DNA of 41,785 nucleotides from an uncultured Erysipelotrichaceae bacterium. GTDB lineage: Bacteria > Bacillota_I > Bacilli_A > RFN20 > CAG-826. Within the stretch, counting starts at the first letter, position 1, and each line of letters begins with the position of its first letter. The stretch lies in assembly GCA_946183085.1 (NCBI GenBank), contig CAMGZU010000004.1:1-41785 (forward strand), read 5' to 3'. Both the position numbers and the translations under genes were made by a program. The notes under the pieces are model-generated. The model saw only the letters and a list, made by a program, of their open reading frames with translations. It did no database searches and was not told the origin of the DNA. Shown here piece after piece: positions 7,343 through 21,227 of the stretch.

Positions 7343-8518
7343 TTATTTGCCGAGGCGCTTGTTCTCTTTCTCGGTCTCGGTTGGGTATTTTTTGATGAGG
7401 ATCTTGTTTTCAAACAAGAAATAGAGGGTGAGGATGATCGGCTCCAAGGCGAAGGTCACCAAGAAGACGATTGAGGTGAAGAGGTCATCGCGGATGCCAC
7501 GGAGAATCATCACGACGAAGATCACCGCGAAAGCGATGATCGCAAGAGTGTCGGTGATGACGATCTGCAACCTCAAATGGCCATTGTCCCAGAAGCGCTT
7601 CCTGGCGCGGTGCTGGAACAAAAAGGCGCCCGAGATCCCCGACCCCACAAGGCAAAGGAAGGTTACGGTGTAATGGATGGCAAAGGGGATCAATTCGCCA
7701 TTTTTCCAAATGCCATAGTAAAGGATGGCGGAGACGACCGCCAAAAGCATGGTTAGACAAGAAGCGACGAGCCAAAGGATCGTCTTCTGAACGGTCTTGG
7801 CCTCCACTTCTTCTTCCTTTAAGGCCTCTTTGACCGCTTCGCGGTAGCCTTGCCCGAACAAATCGGTGAGGAACATCGTGTTGGCGGTGTCGCGGAAGTC
7901 TGGCTTCACCTCTTCTTGCTCCACCGCTTGCGGCTCGGGCTTTAAGAACGTGTGGATGTTCGAAATGAAGGAGACGCCTTCGGGCTGAACCGCGAAAAGC
8001 TGGGGGGCGTAGCAATAAATTGGATAGGTTTTGAGGATCTTTGAGAGGAGGTCCACCGCCGTTTTGGCGAAGATCGTATCCGCGCCCGAAAGATCCAAGA
8101 CCAAGTAGTTGGGCTTGGCGCAGAGCTCGCTATAAACGCCTTCGATGAGGTGCAGGAAATTCAAATGCATCTCCTTGGGGAGCTCGCTTCCCGTCAAATA
8201 GCGGAGCGCGTTCTCCCTCGCTGGCGAATCGTCGATCACGCCGCCAAGCGGGACTTGGGAGCGGAGGACGTTAAAGGCGAGTGAGGTCGCCACGACCACC
8301 GAGATCGGATAACGGTCGCGGTTGGGATTGGCGATGTTGAGGTAGTCCGCGCCATTGACGCGGAAATAACCGATGTATTCGTCTTGGCCTTTTAGTTCCA
8401 GAAGGTCGATGACCGTCCTCGCGTTCGTTCCGCCAAGCAAAAGAAGACCGCTCTCATCGTTGTCGAAGGCGATCTTCGATTGGGGATTCCGTTTTGCGTA
8501 AAACGAGGCGGAGATCAT
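7343..8518 (-). CDS. Membrane protein: degenerate ABC-ATPase-like N-terminal domain plus about 4 C-terminal TM helices
   Basis: GLLLLGG, GYFRVNGAD and KPNYLVLD recall ABC nucleotide-binding-domain elements, but GKS/T and LSGGQ are missing; hydrophobic C-terminus; start abuts upstream stop. Confidence 0.65.
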   Translation of the reverse strand: MISASFYAKRNPQSKIAFDNDESGLLLLGGTNARTVIDLLELKGQDEYIGYFRVNGADYLNIANPNRDRYPISVVVATSLAFNVLRSQVPLGGVIDDSPARENALRYLTGSELPKEMHLNFLHLIEGVYSELCAKPNYLVLDLSGADTIFAKTAVDLLSKILKTYPIYCYAPQLFAVQPEGVSFISNIHTFLKPEPQAVEQEEVKPDFRDTANTMFLTDLFGQGYREAVKEALKEEEVEAKTVQKTILWLVASCLTMLLAVVSAILYYGIWKNGELIPFAIHYTVTFLCLVGSGISGAFLFQHRARKRFWDNGHLRLQIVITDTLAIIAFAVIFVVMILRGIRDDLFTSIVFLVTFALEPIILTLYFLFENKILIKKYPTETEKENKRLGK

Positions 8519-9429
8519 TAGGCGAGTAAGAATTCTTTCAGGTCTTCCCAGACTTTCTCTTTGCCGTTTTCGTTGTGGATTTCGTGGCGCATGTTCTTGT
8601 AGAGGATGAGCGAGACGTCTTTGACGCCATGCTTCTTGTACATCTTCTCCAAGTCACGCGGGCCTTTGCCATTCGCACCGACCGGGTCTTCTTCGCCCGC
8701 CATGATGCGGATAGGGGTCTTTTTGTCAATTCGGGCGATGTTCTCTTTCTTATAGAGGGTCGCCAAACCGATGAAGAATTCGCGGAGGAAGCCGCCGGTG
8801 TTCACGTGGCCGCAATAAGGGTCAGCGATGTAAGCTCTGATGTTGTCTTCGTTATAGGAAAGCCAATCCAAGCCCTCAAATTCCGGATTGCGGTTTTTGA
8901 TGGCTTTGGTGAAGCCGCCGAGGGCGAGGTTGGAAAGGGTTTTGTTCGGTTTGTCCCAATTCTTTTTGGAGACGAGCATTTTGCCAAGCGCCTTGGCAAG
9001 GCCATAGATTTTGGTCGGGCCATTGGTGCCGAAGAGGACGACTTTGTCGGCAGTGCCCGGGTAGCGTTCCACATAGGACTGGGTCATGAAGGAGCCCATC
9101 GAATGGCCCATGATGATCGTGGGGAGGCCGGTCTCCTTCTTCACTTTCTCAAGCTGGAGATGCATCGCGTCGACGTTTTTGGCAAAGGCGCCTTCCGGCC
9201 ACCTTTCCTGCTCTTCGACGGAGGCGGCGTTTTCGCCTTGGCCAAAGGCATCGAGGATCCAAACGTTGATGCCGGCTTCGGTCAAATAGGTGGCCAAGCC
9301 ATCATAACGGGAAGCGTGTTCGTTCATGCCCGTCTGCATGACAAGGTTGCGGGTGGCTTTCTTCGCTTTCCAATGGCAGCCCTTCAAGGTTTCGCCTGTG
9401 GGCAAAGAAACTTCAAAGATTTCGTACAT
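8518..9429 (-). CDS. Alpha/beta hydrolase, lysophospholipase (Hydrolase_4) type
   Basis: GHSMGS nucleophile elbow, GEEDPV acid, MRHEIHNE catalytic His. Confidence 0.9.
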   Translation of the reverse strand: MYEIFEVSLPTGETLKGCHWKAKKATRNLVMQTGMNEHASRYDGLATYLTEAGINVWILDAFGQGENAASVEEQERWPEGAFAKNVDAMHLQLEKVKKETGLPTIIMGHSMGSFMTQSYVERYPGTADKVVLFGTNGPTKIYGLAKALGKMLVSKKNWDKPNKTLSNLALGGFTKAIKNRNPEFEGLDWLSYNEDNIRAYIADPYCGHVNTGGFLREFFIGLATLYKKENIARIDKKTPIRIMAGEEDPVGANGKGPRDLEKMYKKHGVKDVSLILYKNMRHEIHNENGKEKVWEDLKEFLLA

Positions 9430-9480
9430 GATCTATCTCCTGGGTGTTCACCCATTAGTTTAGCACCTCCGTGCGCGGGG

Positions 9481-9513
9481 AAAAGAAAAACCAAGCAGGA
9501 TTTCCCCGCTTGG
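9481..9513 (-). terminator. Intrinsic terminator after galE
   Basis: Minus strand CCAAGCGGGGAAATCCTGCTTGG followed by TTTTTCTTTT. Confidence 0.75.
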
Positions 9514-9521
9514 CATTCTTC

Positions 9522-10532
9522 TTATTTCGAGGCGCCGGTGGTTTGGAAACGATAAGCGTCGCGGCAGGCGTCTTCGACGTTGCGCTTGGCCTTCCAATGA
9601 AGTTCATGGAACGCCTTGTCGCAATTCGCGAAGTTGGCGGCGACGTCGCCAGGGCGGCGCGGATCCACCACAAAGGGGACCTTGACGCCGGTGGCCTTTT
9701 CAAAGGCGTTGATGAGCTCGAAGACGGACGTGCCTTTGCCTGTGCCGAGGTTATAGGCGACGACGCCCGGGTTCTCAACGATCTTGTTGAGGGCGGCGAC
9801 GTGGCCTTCGGCGAGGTCTAAGACGTGGATGTAATCGCGGATGCCCGTGCCATCGGGGGTCGGGTAGTCATCGCCAAAGACATGAAGGGTCTTAAGCTTG
9901 CCCGAGGCGACTTGGGAGATGTAAGGCATTATGTTGTTGGGGATGCCATTCGGATCTTCGCCAAGAAGGCCAGAGGGATGGGCGCCGATCGGGTTGAAGT
10001 AACGGAGCAAGATGACGTTGAGGGAAGGATCGGCTTTGTTGGCGTCTTCCAAGATCCTTTCGATCATGACTTTCGTCTCGCCATAGGGGTTGGTGGCGCC
10101 GCCGACGGGGTCGCTTTCGACAAGCGGCACGCGCTTTGGCACGCCATAGACGGTCGCGGAGGACGAGAAGATGATGTTATGGACGCCATATTCCTTCATC
10201 AAGCGGAGAAGGACGAGGGTCGAGAGGAGGTTGTTGGTGTAGTACTCAATCGGTTTGCGAGTGGATTCCCCGACCGCTTTTAAGCCGGCAAAGTGAATCA
10301 CGGCCTCGATGTTCTTCTCTTCCTCGAAGACTTTGCGGAAGCCTTCGTAATCGCAGCAATCCACTTTGTGGAAGTGCGGGCGTTTCCCGGAGATCTTCTC
10401 GATTTTGTCGAGGACGTCTTCCTTTGAGTTCGATAAGTTGTCGACTAAGATCGGCTCATGGCCATTCTCCATGAGGGCAAGCACGGTTTCCGAACCGATG
10501 AAGCCCATGCCGCCGGTGACTAAGACACGCAT
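9522..10532 (-). CDS. galE: UDP-glucose 4-epimerase
   Basis: GGxGFIG Rossmann motif, HFAGLKAVGES, SSSATVYG, YGETK, LRYFNPIGAH, GEDPNGIPNN. Confidence 0.97.
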   Translation of the reverse strand: MRVLVTGGMGFIGSETVLALMENGHEPILVDNLSNSKEDVLDKIEKISGKRPHFHKVDCCDYEGFRKVFEEEKNIEAVIHFAGLKAVGESTRKPIEYYTNNLLSTLVLLRLMKEYGVHNIIFSSSATVYGVPKRVPLVESDPVGGATNPYGETKVMIERILEDANKADPSLNVILLRYFNPIGAHPSGLLGEDPNGIPNNIMPYISQVASGKLKTLHVFGDDYPTPDGTGIRDYIHVLDLAEGHVAALNKIVENPGVVAYNLGTGKGTSVFELINAFEKATGVKVPFVVDPRRPGDVAANFANCDKAFHELHWKAKRNVEDACRDAYRFQTTGASK

Positions 10533-10533
10533 T

Positions 10534-11259
10534 CTATTTCTCCTTTTTCTTCTTTTTATTTGCCGCGGCTTTCTTGGAGGAGGCCAAACGCTTGGCTTCG
10601 TCCTTTTCGCTGCGGTAGTTCCTTTTTTCTTCCCGTTCCACGGGTTTGACGAGCGCCTTTTGGGGTTCGTCGTGCATTAATTTTCGCACTTCTTCGATCA
10701 AGCGGTCCGACAAAGTTTTCAAAACCTGGGCTTGGGTCGCCATGCGGAAGGCGATGAGGCCTAAGCCGGCCTCGAGATGCTCCCTGGCTTTTTCTTTGTT
10801 GGTCTTCTTCTCTTTCTCATAACGCCTTTCGATGTCGTCGACATGGCGTTTCATGAGGGTGGTGTGATTGCGGAGCGCGGTGCTTTCTTGGGTCTTGTAG
10901 AAGTCATAGAGGCGGCGTTTGTCGTCGGTGACGTATTTGTCCAATTCAAGAAGCAATGCCATATCGCCCATCGAGAGGGTCTGCTTCATCAAAGTGATAG
11001 CAAGGAGGTAGCCGATCTGCTCTTTGTCGTACTTCTTCTTGCTCGGCTCTTTGATGAGCTCGGCCTTCACGTAGTTGTTAACCATGAACGACGTGAGGAT
11101 CTTTTTGGGGTCGTCCGAGAAGACGGAGAGGGTCGTGTTGACGTAAGAAAGAACCTGCTCCATATAGAGGTCCACGTTGGGGAGCTCTTTGTAATTTGGA
11201 AGGGCGAAGGAGGAGACTTCCGCGATCCAAGATTGGAGGCTTTCAAGTTCTTTTGCCAT
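10534..11259 (-). CDS. DUF1836 domain protein
   Basis: LPNVDLYMEQVL and LTSFMVNNYVK...KKKY motifs. Confidence 0.85.
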   Translation of the reverse strand: MAKELESLQSWIAEVSSFALPNYKELPNVDLYMEQVLSYVNTTLSVFSDDPKKILTSFMVNNYVKAELIKEPSKKKYDKEQIGYLLAITLMKQTLSMGDMALLLELDKYVTDDKRRLYDFYKTQESTALRNHTTLMKRHVDDIERRYEKEKKTNKEKAREHLEAGLGLIAFRMATQAQVLKTLSDRLIEEVRKLMHDEPQKALVKPVEREEKRNYRSEKDEAKRLASSKKAAANKKKKKEK

Positions 11260-11262
11260 CGC

Positions 11263-12690
11263 TTACCTCTTCTTGAGTTCCTCTTCCAAGACCTTGGCGA
11301 CCGCGGCAGGGTTGAGCTTGCCTTTGGAAGCCTTCATGACCTGGCCGACCAAGAAACCTTTCGCGCGGTCTTTGCCGTTTTTGAAGTCGGCGATCGACTG
11401 CGGGTTGGCGTCGAGGACGGCGGTGACGGCCTCAAGGACCGCGCCTTCATCGACGACCTGCTTCTGGATGTTGAGGGCTTTCTGAGCCTCTTCCGGAGTC
11501 ACGTTATTGGCCAAGCAATGGTTGAAGATATCCGCGCACTGCTTGTGGGTGAAGCCTTCTTCTTGGAGGTTGGCGATTTTGGCCAAATTCTCCGCAGAAA
11601 GCCCAAATTCATTGATGGAAATGCCGTTTTTGTTGAGATAACCATTCACCTCAACGATGACGAAGTTGGCGAGGCCTTTCGGGTTCTTGACAAGGCTGAG
11701 GCCCTTCTCGAAATAGGTGGCCATCGCCAAGTCGGAAAGGATGATCTCAGCATCGGTCTCCGACAAGCCTTTGGCGAGGTATTTCGCCTTCTTGGCGTCG
11801 TAGAGTTCCGGGCAGGTATCGATCGCGTTCTGGACGAATTCGTCGGAGAGGCGGATCGGGACGATGTTCGGCTCAGGGAAATATTTGTAGTCGACGGCGT
11901 CGGTCTTCACACGCATGAGGACCGTGCGTCCGGTCGCTTCGTCAAAACGCCTGGTCTCCTGCTGGACCTTTTGCCCAGAAAGGAGCAAGGAGTTCTGGCG
12001 GAGGATTTCATAATCCAAAGCCGCTTCGATGTTCTTCAAAGAATTGATGTTCTTAATCTCGACCTTGGTGCCGAAAGCCTTTTGGCCATAAGGACGGAGG
12101 GAAACGTTGACGTCGCAGCGGAGCGAGCCTTCTTCCATCTTGCCATCGCTCGTGAGCGAATAGACGACGATGTTGCGGATCGCTTCGACGTAGCGCATGG
12201 CCTCGGTGCCATTGCGGATGTCCGGACGGGAGACGATTTCCACGAGAGGAACGCCAGCGCGGTTATAGTCCAAGAGGGTGTAATCCAAAAGATGAAGCTG
12301 CTTGCAGGTATCTTCTTCCATGTGGATGCGCTCGATCTCGACGCGCTTGGTGCCGCCTTCGCGGGTTTTGATCTCGAGATAGCCATTGCTGCCGATCGGG
12401 CGGAACTGCTGGGTGATCTGGAAGCCTTTCGGAAGATCGCTGTAGAAATAGTTCTTACGGTCGAAACGGAGTTCGTGGTCGATCGTCATGTGCAAAGCGT
12501 TGGCGACGCGGATTGCGTTGATGACCGCTTGCTTGTTCACGACCGGCATCGTGCCGGGATAAGCCATATCCAAGAGGGCGACTTCGCTATTCGGCGTGCG
12601 CGAGAAAGAGTTCGGCGCAGCCGAGAACATCTTGGATTTCGTTTTCATCTCGACGTGGATTTCAAGACCGATGATCGCTTCAAAGTTCAT
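11263..12690 (-). CDS. gatB: Asp/Glu-tRNA amidotransferase subunit B
   Basis: IGLEIHVE, FDRKNYFYSDLPKGFQITQ, NRAGVPLVEIVS, EEGSLRCDVNVS, DYKYFPEP. Confidence 0.98.
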   Translation of the reverse strand: MNFEAIIGLEIHVEMKTKSKMFSAAPNSFSRTPNSEVALLDMAYPGTMPVVNKQAVINAIRVANALHMTIDHELRFDRKNYFYSDLPKGFQITQQFRPIGSNGYLEIKTREGGTKRVEIERIHMEEDTCKQLHLLDYTLLDYNRAGVPLVEIVSRPDIRNGTEAMRYVEAIRNIVVYSLTSDGKMEEGSLRCDVNVSLRPYGQKAFGTKVEIKNINSLKNIEAALDYEILRQNSLLLSGQKVQQETRRFDEATGRTVLMRVKTDAVDYKYFPEPNIVPIRLSDEFVQNAIDTCPELYDAKKAKYLAKGLSETDAEIILSDLAMATYFEKGLSLVKNPKGLANFVIVEVNGYLNKNGISINEFGLSAENLAKIANLQEEGFTHKQCADIFNHCLANNVTPEEAQKALNIQKQVVDEGAVLEAVTAVLDANPQSIADFKNGKDRAKGFLVGQVMKASKGKLNPAAVAKVLEEELKKR

Positions 12691-14156
12691 AAGGTGCCCT
12701 CCTTCTTGTTGACGGCGCTTAGATTCTCAAGCCCCGTGATCTTCTCGATGGCGCGAGCGCCTTGAAAGAGTGATTTCTCTTCGAAGGCCCTGCCCATCAA
12801 ATTCACGCCAACGGGTAGCCCATTTTCCAAAAAGAGAGGGACCGTAATGGAGGGAAGTCCGGCGAAGTTGCCAAGGGCCAAATGGTTGTCGGCGATCAAA
12901 TATTCATTCGAAAGCTTGTCCGAGGTGGCACCAAATTCACGGGCAACGCTCGGGGCGGCGGGGACATAGATGTAATCGAAGTCCGCGAGGATCTCATTGG
13001 TGCGGGAGACGATCAGGCTGCGCGCCCTTTGCGCGCGGCGGAAGAGCTCGTCCTGGTTCTCCGCCATAAGGGAGAAGGAGCCGATGACAAAGCGGCGTTT
13101 GATGAGCTTGCTGAAACCTTTGGTTCTCGCATTCATCATGACTTCCTGATAGGACTTGCCGCCATAATAGGGGCCGAACTTGATGCCGTCCAAATTGGCG
13201 TCGTTGCTGGTCGCTTCGGCGCACGAGATCACGAAGTATGTGGCGTAAATGGATTCGAGGAGCCTTTCTCCAAAGGAAACGATCTCCACTTCCGCGCCTT
13301 CTTTCTTGAGGGCCTCTAAAGAAGCGTTGAACTTCGCTAAGACTTCTTTGTCCGAAGTCGAATCGATGATTTCTTTGATGACGGCGAACTTTTTGCCTTT
13401 GACGCCTTCTTCCAAAGAAGACTCATATGCTTCGACGGGGCGGAGCGAGGAAGTCGCGTCGCGTTCGTCGCGGCCAGCCAAAAGATTCAGGGCAAGGGCG
13501 CTGTCTTTGACGCTGCGGGTGAAATAGGCGACGTGGTCAAGAGACGGCGCAAAAGGGAAGAGACCATAACGGCTGATCCTGCCCCAAGTCGGCTTCATGC
13601 CAACAAGACCGTTCAACGAAGCGGGCTTGCGAACCGAGTCGCCGGTATCAGAACCAAGCGAGAAGGGAACGATGTTCGCGGCAACCGAGACGGCCGAGCC
13701 GCAGGAAGAACCGCCGCAAAGGCGGGTGTGCTTCGGATCCCAGGGGTTATAGGTGATGCCTTTATGACCGGTGGTTCCGGTGCCGCCCATCGCGAGTTCG
13801 TCCATGGTCGCTTTGGCGATCAAGACGGCTTTTTTCGCTTTGAGTCGCTCGATGACGGCGGCGTCAAATAGAGGCACGTAGCCTTTCAAAACGTTGGAAG
13901 AAGCCGTGGTCTCGATGCCTTTGGTCGAGAAATTGTCCTTCGCGACAAAAGGAATGCCCCAGAAGGGATTGTCCGCTTCCGGTTCGGTGAGGGTCGAAGC
14001 AAAAGCAAGCGCCTCATCTTCAAGGATGAGTTCAAAGGCGTTGTTGTTGTCAGCCTTCGCCCGGGCGAGCGCCTCTTGGGCGAGCTCAAGCGGGGTGACT
14101 TTCTTTGCGACGAGCGCTTCGTGGAGCTCGCTGATCGATAAATCCAAGTAACTCAT
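12687..14156 (-). CDS. gatA: Asp/Glu-tRNA amidotransferase subunit A (start ATG 14156, MSYLDL)
   Basis: Amidase signature KDN, GGSSCGS, GSDTGDSVRKPA; between gatC and gatB. Confidence 0.96.
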   Translation of the reverse strand: MSYLDLSISELHEALVAKKVTPLELAQEALARAKADNNNAFELILEDEALAFASTLTEPEADNPFWGIPFVAKDNFSTKGIETTASSNVLKGYVPLFDAAVIERLKAKKAVLIAKATMDELAMGGTGTTGHKGITYNPWDPKHTRLCGGSSCGSAVSVAANIVPFSLGSDTGDSVRKPASLNGLVGMKPTWGRISRYGLFPFAPSLDHVAYFTRSVKDSALALNLLAGRDERDATSSLRPVEAYESSLEEGVKGKKFAVIKEIIDSTSDKEVLAKFNASLEALKKEGAEVEIVSFGERLLESIYATYFVISCAEATSNDANLDGIKFGPYYGGKSYQEVMMNARTKGFSKLIKRRFVIGSFSLMAENQDELFRRAQRARSLIVSRTNEILADFDYIYVPAAPSVAREFGATSDKLSNEYLIADNHLALGNFAGLPSITVPLFLENGLPVGVNLMGRAFEEKSLFQGARAIEKITGLENLSAVNKKEGTL

Positions 14157-14157
14157 C

Positions 14158-14454
14158 TTAGCCCACCACCTTCGGCAATTTGATTTGCCCATCTTGCACG
14201 TTGCCGGCGTTCTTTAACGCCTCATCGCGGTCCAAAGGCGTCTCGGCGACGTCTTCGCGCAGGAACGAATTCTCACAAGCGAAAGGGAAGGTCATGGGCT
14301 CTGCCTCATCCACCCCTTCGATCTTGCCGATCGTCTCCATTTGCTTCTTGAGCGTTTGGAACTCTTCGTAAAGAGTCTTTAATTCCTCGTCGGAAAGCTC
14401 GAACATCAGTCGATGCGCGGCATCCTGAAGAACTTCTAAGCTAATTTCTTTCAT
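14158..14454 (-). CDS. gatC: Asp/Glu-tRNA amidotransferase subunit C
   Basis: 98 aa, LREDV...ALKNA...LPKVV; directly upstream of gatA. Confidence 0.93.
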   Translation of the reverse strand: MKEISLEVLQDAAHRLMFELSDEELKTLYEEFQTLKKQMETIGKIEGVDEAEPMTFPFACENSFLREDVAETPLDRDEALKNAGNVQDGQIKLPKVVG

Positions 14455-14493
14455 ATCAGTTCACCATTCTAGTTTATCTAGAATCACTTTTCA

Positions 14494-18791
<4,298 letters not shown>

Positions 18792-18927
18792 TGCTTGCTA
18801 ATCTTACTACGTATGCCCTTTCTTATAAATAAGAAAAGGGCACTTTTTCTTTGTGCATCGTCCAAGATTTTAAGCGACATCCGCTTGCTTACTTCATGGG
18901 ATTTTGCATTTGGACTAGAATAAGTAC

Positions 18928-19857
18928 ATGGCGCTCCTTTCCGAACGGAAAACGTTGACCCAAAACCTCACGTACATGGCTCTGATGGCGGCCGTGAACG
19001 TCGTTTTTTCTTTGTTGGCGGCTTTCTTCCCTTTCGGTGCCCTCTTCCTGATGATCTTCTTGCCGGCGGCAAGCGCGATCGTCACCTACTTCTGCAAACC
19101 CAAGTTCTATGTGATCTACATCGTCGGGGCGATCGCTTTGTCACTCCTCGTCACCCTCTGGGATTTCCAAAACACCCTTTTCTATACGATTCCCGCCATC
19201 ATCACCGGCTCGCTTTATGGTTTCTTGAAGCGCATCAAGCTCACGACCGGCGAGAACATCTTTTTGTGCGCCCTGCTCGGGGTCGCCTTCTCTTATCTTG
19301 CCATCTTGCTGATTCGGCTTTTCTATCAGGTCGACATGATCGCCTTCTTGCTTCAGCTTATTGGCGCGAAAGGTGATTTGGCCCTCCTCATCGTTCCCGC
19401 GGCGATCCTTGTTTATAACCTCATGCAAAAGAGCCTCGCAAACCTCTTCATCCAAGTGGTTTCCGAGACCTTCCGTATCGAGAACAAATACGCCGAAATC
19501 CATGAAAAACTATACCCCGGGTTCGCTCTTTTTCTCTTTTTGCTCGTTTTGATCTTTGGGTTTTTCTTCCCGGAAGGCGCTTATTTTTGCCTGGTCGGAG
19601 GACTCTATTGGACGACGTTTGCCATTGCTTTCCTCTACCCCAGAAAAACCAAGTGGCTCTATGCCCTGGATGGTGGTTTGGCCTTCGTGGGTTTGATCCT
19701 TTTCTATGTCTTTTATCTTCGTTTGGACGTCGCGACGAGGCTTCTCTTGCTCGCCCTGCCCTTCGCGGGTTTTGCATTATCCGCGGTTTTAACGAACCTT
19801 TGGTTGTTAAAAAAGGGCGCGACTTCTAAAATGAATCCGCAAGGAAACGACGAATGA
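18928..19857 (+). CDS. Polytopic membrane protein, DUF2232/YybS-like
   Basis: About 9-10 hydrophobic segments; N-terminus LTYMALMAAVNVVF. Confidence 0.7.
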   Translation: MALLSERKTLTQNLTYMALMAAVNVVFSLLAAFFPFGALFLMIFLPAASAIVTYFCKPKFYVIYIVGAIALSLLVTLWDFQNTLFYTIPAIITGSLYGFLKRIKLTTGENIFLCALLGVAFSYLAILLIRLFYQVDMIAFLLQLIGAKGDLALLIVPAAILVYNLMQKSLANLFIQVVSETFRIENKYAEIHEKLYPGFALFLFLLVLIFGFFFPEGAYFCLVGGLYWTTFAIAFLYPRKTKWLYALDGGLAFVGLILFYVFYLRLDVATRLLLLALPFAGFALSAVLTNLWLLKKGATSKMNPQGNDE

Positions 19858-20504
19858 AATTTCTGAAGAATTTCGGGCTTGGCCTCTTATACGCCCTCCT
19901 CTTCCCCGTCATCTTGGCGGCGGTCGCCGTTTTCGCCGTCTACGGCTTCTTGAGAGGCATCGTCTATTTCTTCATTTATCTCGTCCGCTTCTTCAAAGGC
20001 GAGAAGATCTTCGCCGCCTTCCCCGAGGACGAGAAAGCCAAAGAAATCATCGATCGGGCCCGCGGCCTCAAAAAGGAAGAGGCCCCCGCGCAGCAGCAAG
20101 CGCCCCAACAAAACATCTACGTGCAGCAGAATTACTATCCAAACCAAGGGCTCCCGCCGCAGGGGCAGCAACCCCAGCAGCCAGGCCTTCCAAACCCTGG
20201 TTATCCCCAACAAGGTTTGCCAAACCAAGGCTATCCTCAGCAAGGGATTCCTAGCCAAGGCTATCCCAACCAGCCTTCCTACGGTCAGCCGCTCCCGCCC
20301 TATGGCCAGCCACAGTATTATGGCGGCCAACCCTTTCAGCGCGATCAGCTGCCGCCCGGCTATGGCGAGCCAACTCCCGTTATTCCTCAACAGCCGGAGC
20401 AAGCCACTCCTCAGCCTGAAGCCATCACACTAAACCGCGAGGTTCCGCCCGTAGAACCCGCCATCGAGAACAAAGAAATGGAAGGAGACGAAGACGATGA
20501 TTGA
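19854..20504 (+). CDS. Membrane-anchored protein with Pro/Gln/Gly-rich low-complexity tail
   Basis: N-terminal hydrophobic segment; ATGA coupling with upstream gene; G[YLI]P[QNS]Q repeats. Confidence 0.75.
   Translation: MKFLKNFGLGLLYALLFPVILAAVAVFAVYGFLRGIVYFFIYLVRFFKGEKIFAAFPEDEKAKEIIDRARGLKKEEAPAQQQAPQQNIYVQQNYYPNQGLPPQGQQPQQPGLPNPGYPQQGLPNQGYPQQGIPSQGYPNQPSYGQPLPPYGQPQYYGGQPFQRDQLPPGYGEPTPVIPQQPEQATPQPEAITLNREVPPVEPAIENKEMEGDEDDD
20140..20290 (+). repeat. Degenerate in-frame pentapeptide (15-nt) repeats, G[YLI]P[QNS]Q
   Basis: NQGLPPQG...PGYPQQGLPNQGYPQQGIPSQGYPNQ in the translation. Confidence 0.7.
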
Positions 20505-21198
20505 CGCATTGCTCTCTTTCTTCATCTCTGTAGAAATGAGCGACAACGATCGCCGGGCGCTTTTGATCTTGGTGATCATCCTCCTCGTCCTTTTGTTCAT
20601 CATCGGTTTGATCGGCATGGGGATCCGCTGGATCATCATGCGTCAGGCGGACAAAGCGGACGGTTTGATGTACGAAGTGACCGTCGCCCACGTCATCAAC
20701 AATCCGCGCGATTACCGCAAGATGGCGTCGAAAAAGAACTTCCGTCTCTTCTTCCAAAAGTCCCTGATTCCCCTCGGAGTCATCGCGCTCGGCGTTTTGA
20801 TCTGGGTCATCTATTCCGCCATCGTCGATGGCTGGAACCGCAACATCTTCGAAGAATTCCTCGATCTCTTCTTCTTATGGCATTACGAGGATCCCGACAA
20901 CTACGTGCAGATCTTCGGCATAACCTTCTTGGCGAAGTGGCCGGCGCCCTTTGAAGACCACCCCGCCTTCCACGTTGAGCATTTGGTCTCCTACATCGTC
21001 GTCCCGATCATCGTCGGCGGATCGCTCGCTTATCTCTACCAGGCGCAGGGTTATATGGTTCGCGCGCTCGTGTGCGTGAAGCGTTCCAACGAAGTCTTCA
21101 GAAAGTCCTTGAAGGGTTATAACGCCAACACGCTCGATCCGAATTCGGTTCCTTACGATCCAAGCCTGCACTCGGCAAACGATTCCAACAAGCTATAG
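20497..21198 (+). CDS. Hypothetical membrane protein (about 3 TM)
   Basis: Overlaps upstream gene by 8 nt; hydrophobic helices; followed by terminator. Confidence 0.75.
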   Translation: MIDALLSFFISVEMSDNDRRALLILVIILLVLLFIIGLIGMGIRWIIMRQADKADGLMYEVTVAHVINNPRDYRKMASKKNFRLFFQKSLIPLGVIALGVLIWVIYSAIVDGWNRNIFEEFLDLFFLWHYEDPDNYVQIFGITFLAKWPAPFEDHPAFHVEHLVSYIVVPIIVGGSLAYLYQAQGYMVRALVCVKRSNEVFRKSLKGYNANTLDPNSVPYDPSLHSANDSNKL

Positions 21199-21201
21199 AA
21201 G

Positions 21202-21227
21202 AAAACCTCGGCAGCGCCGAGGTTTTT
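21202..21227. terminator. Bidirectional intrinsic terminator
   Basis: AAAACCTCGGC-AGC-GCCGAGGTTTTT between convergent genes. Confidence 0.85.

Noticed and set aside
10777-12765. 662-aa plus-strand ORF and many other long antisense ORFs (e.g. 8575-9555, 16854-17732, 27978-28919)
   Set aside because: They mirror well-supported minus-strand genes; codon bias in this GC-rich genome removes antisense stops; no motifs or SD support.
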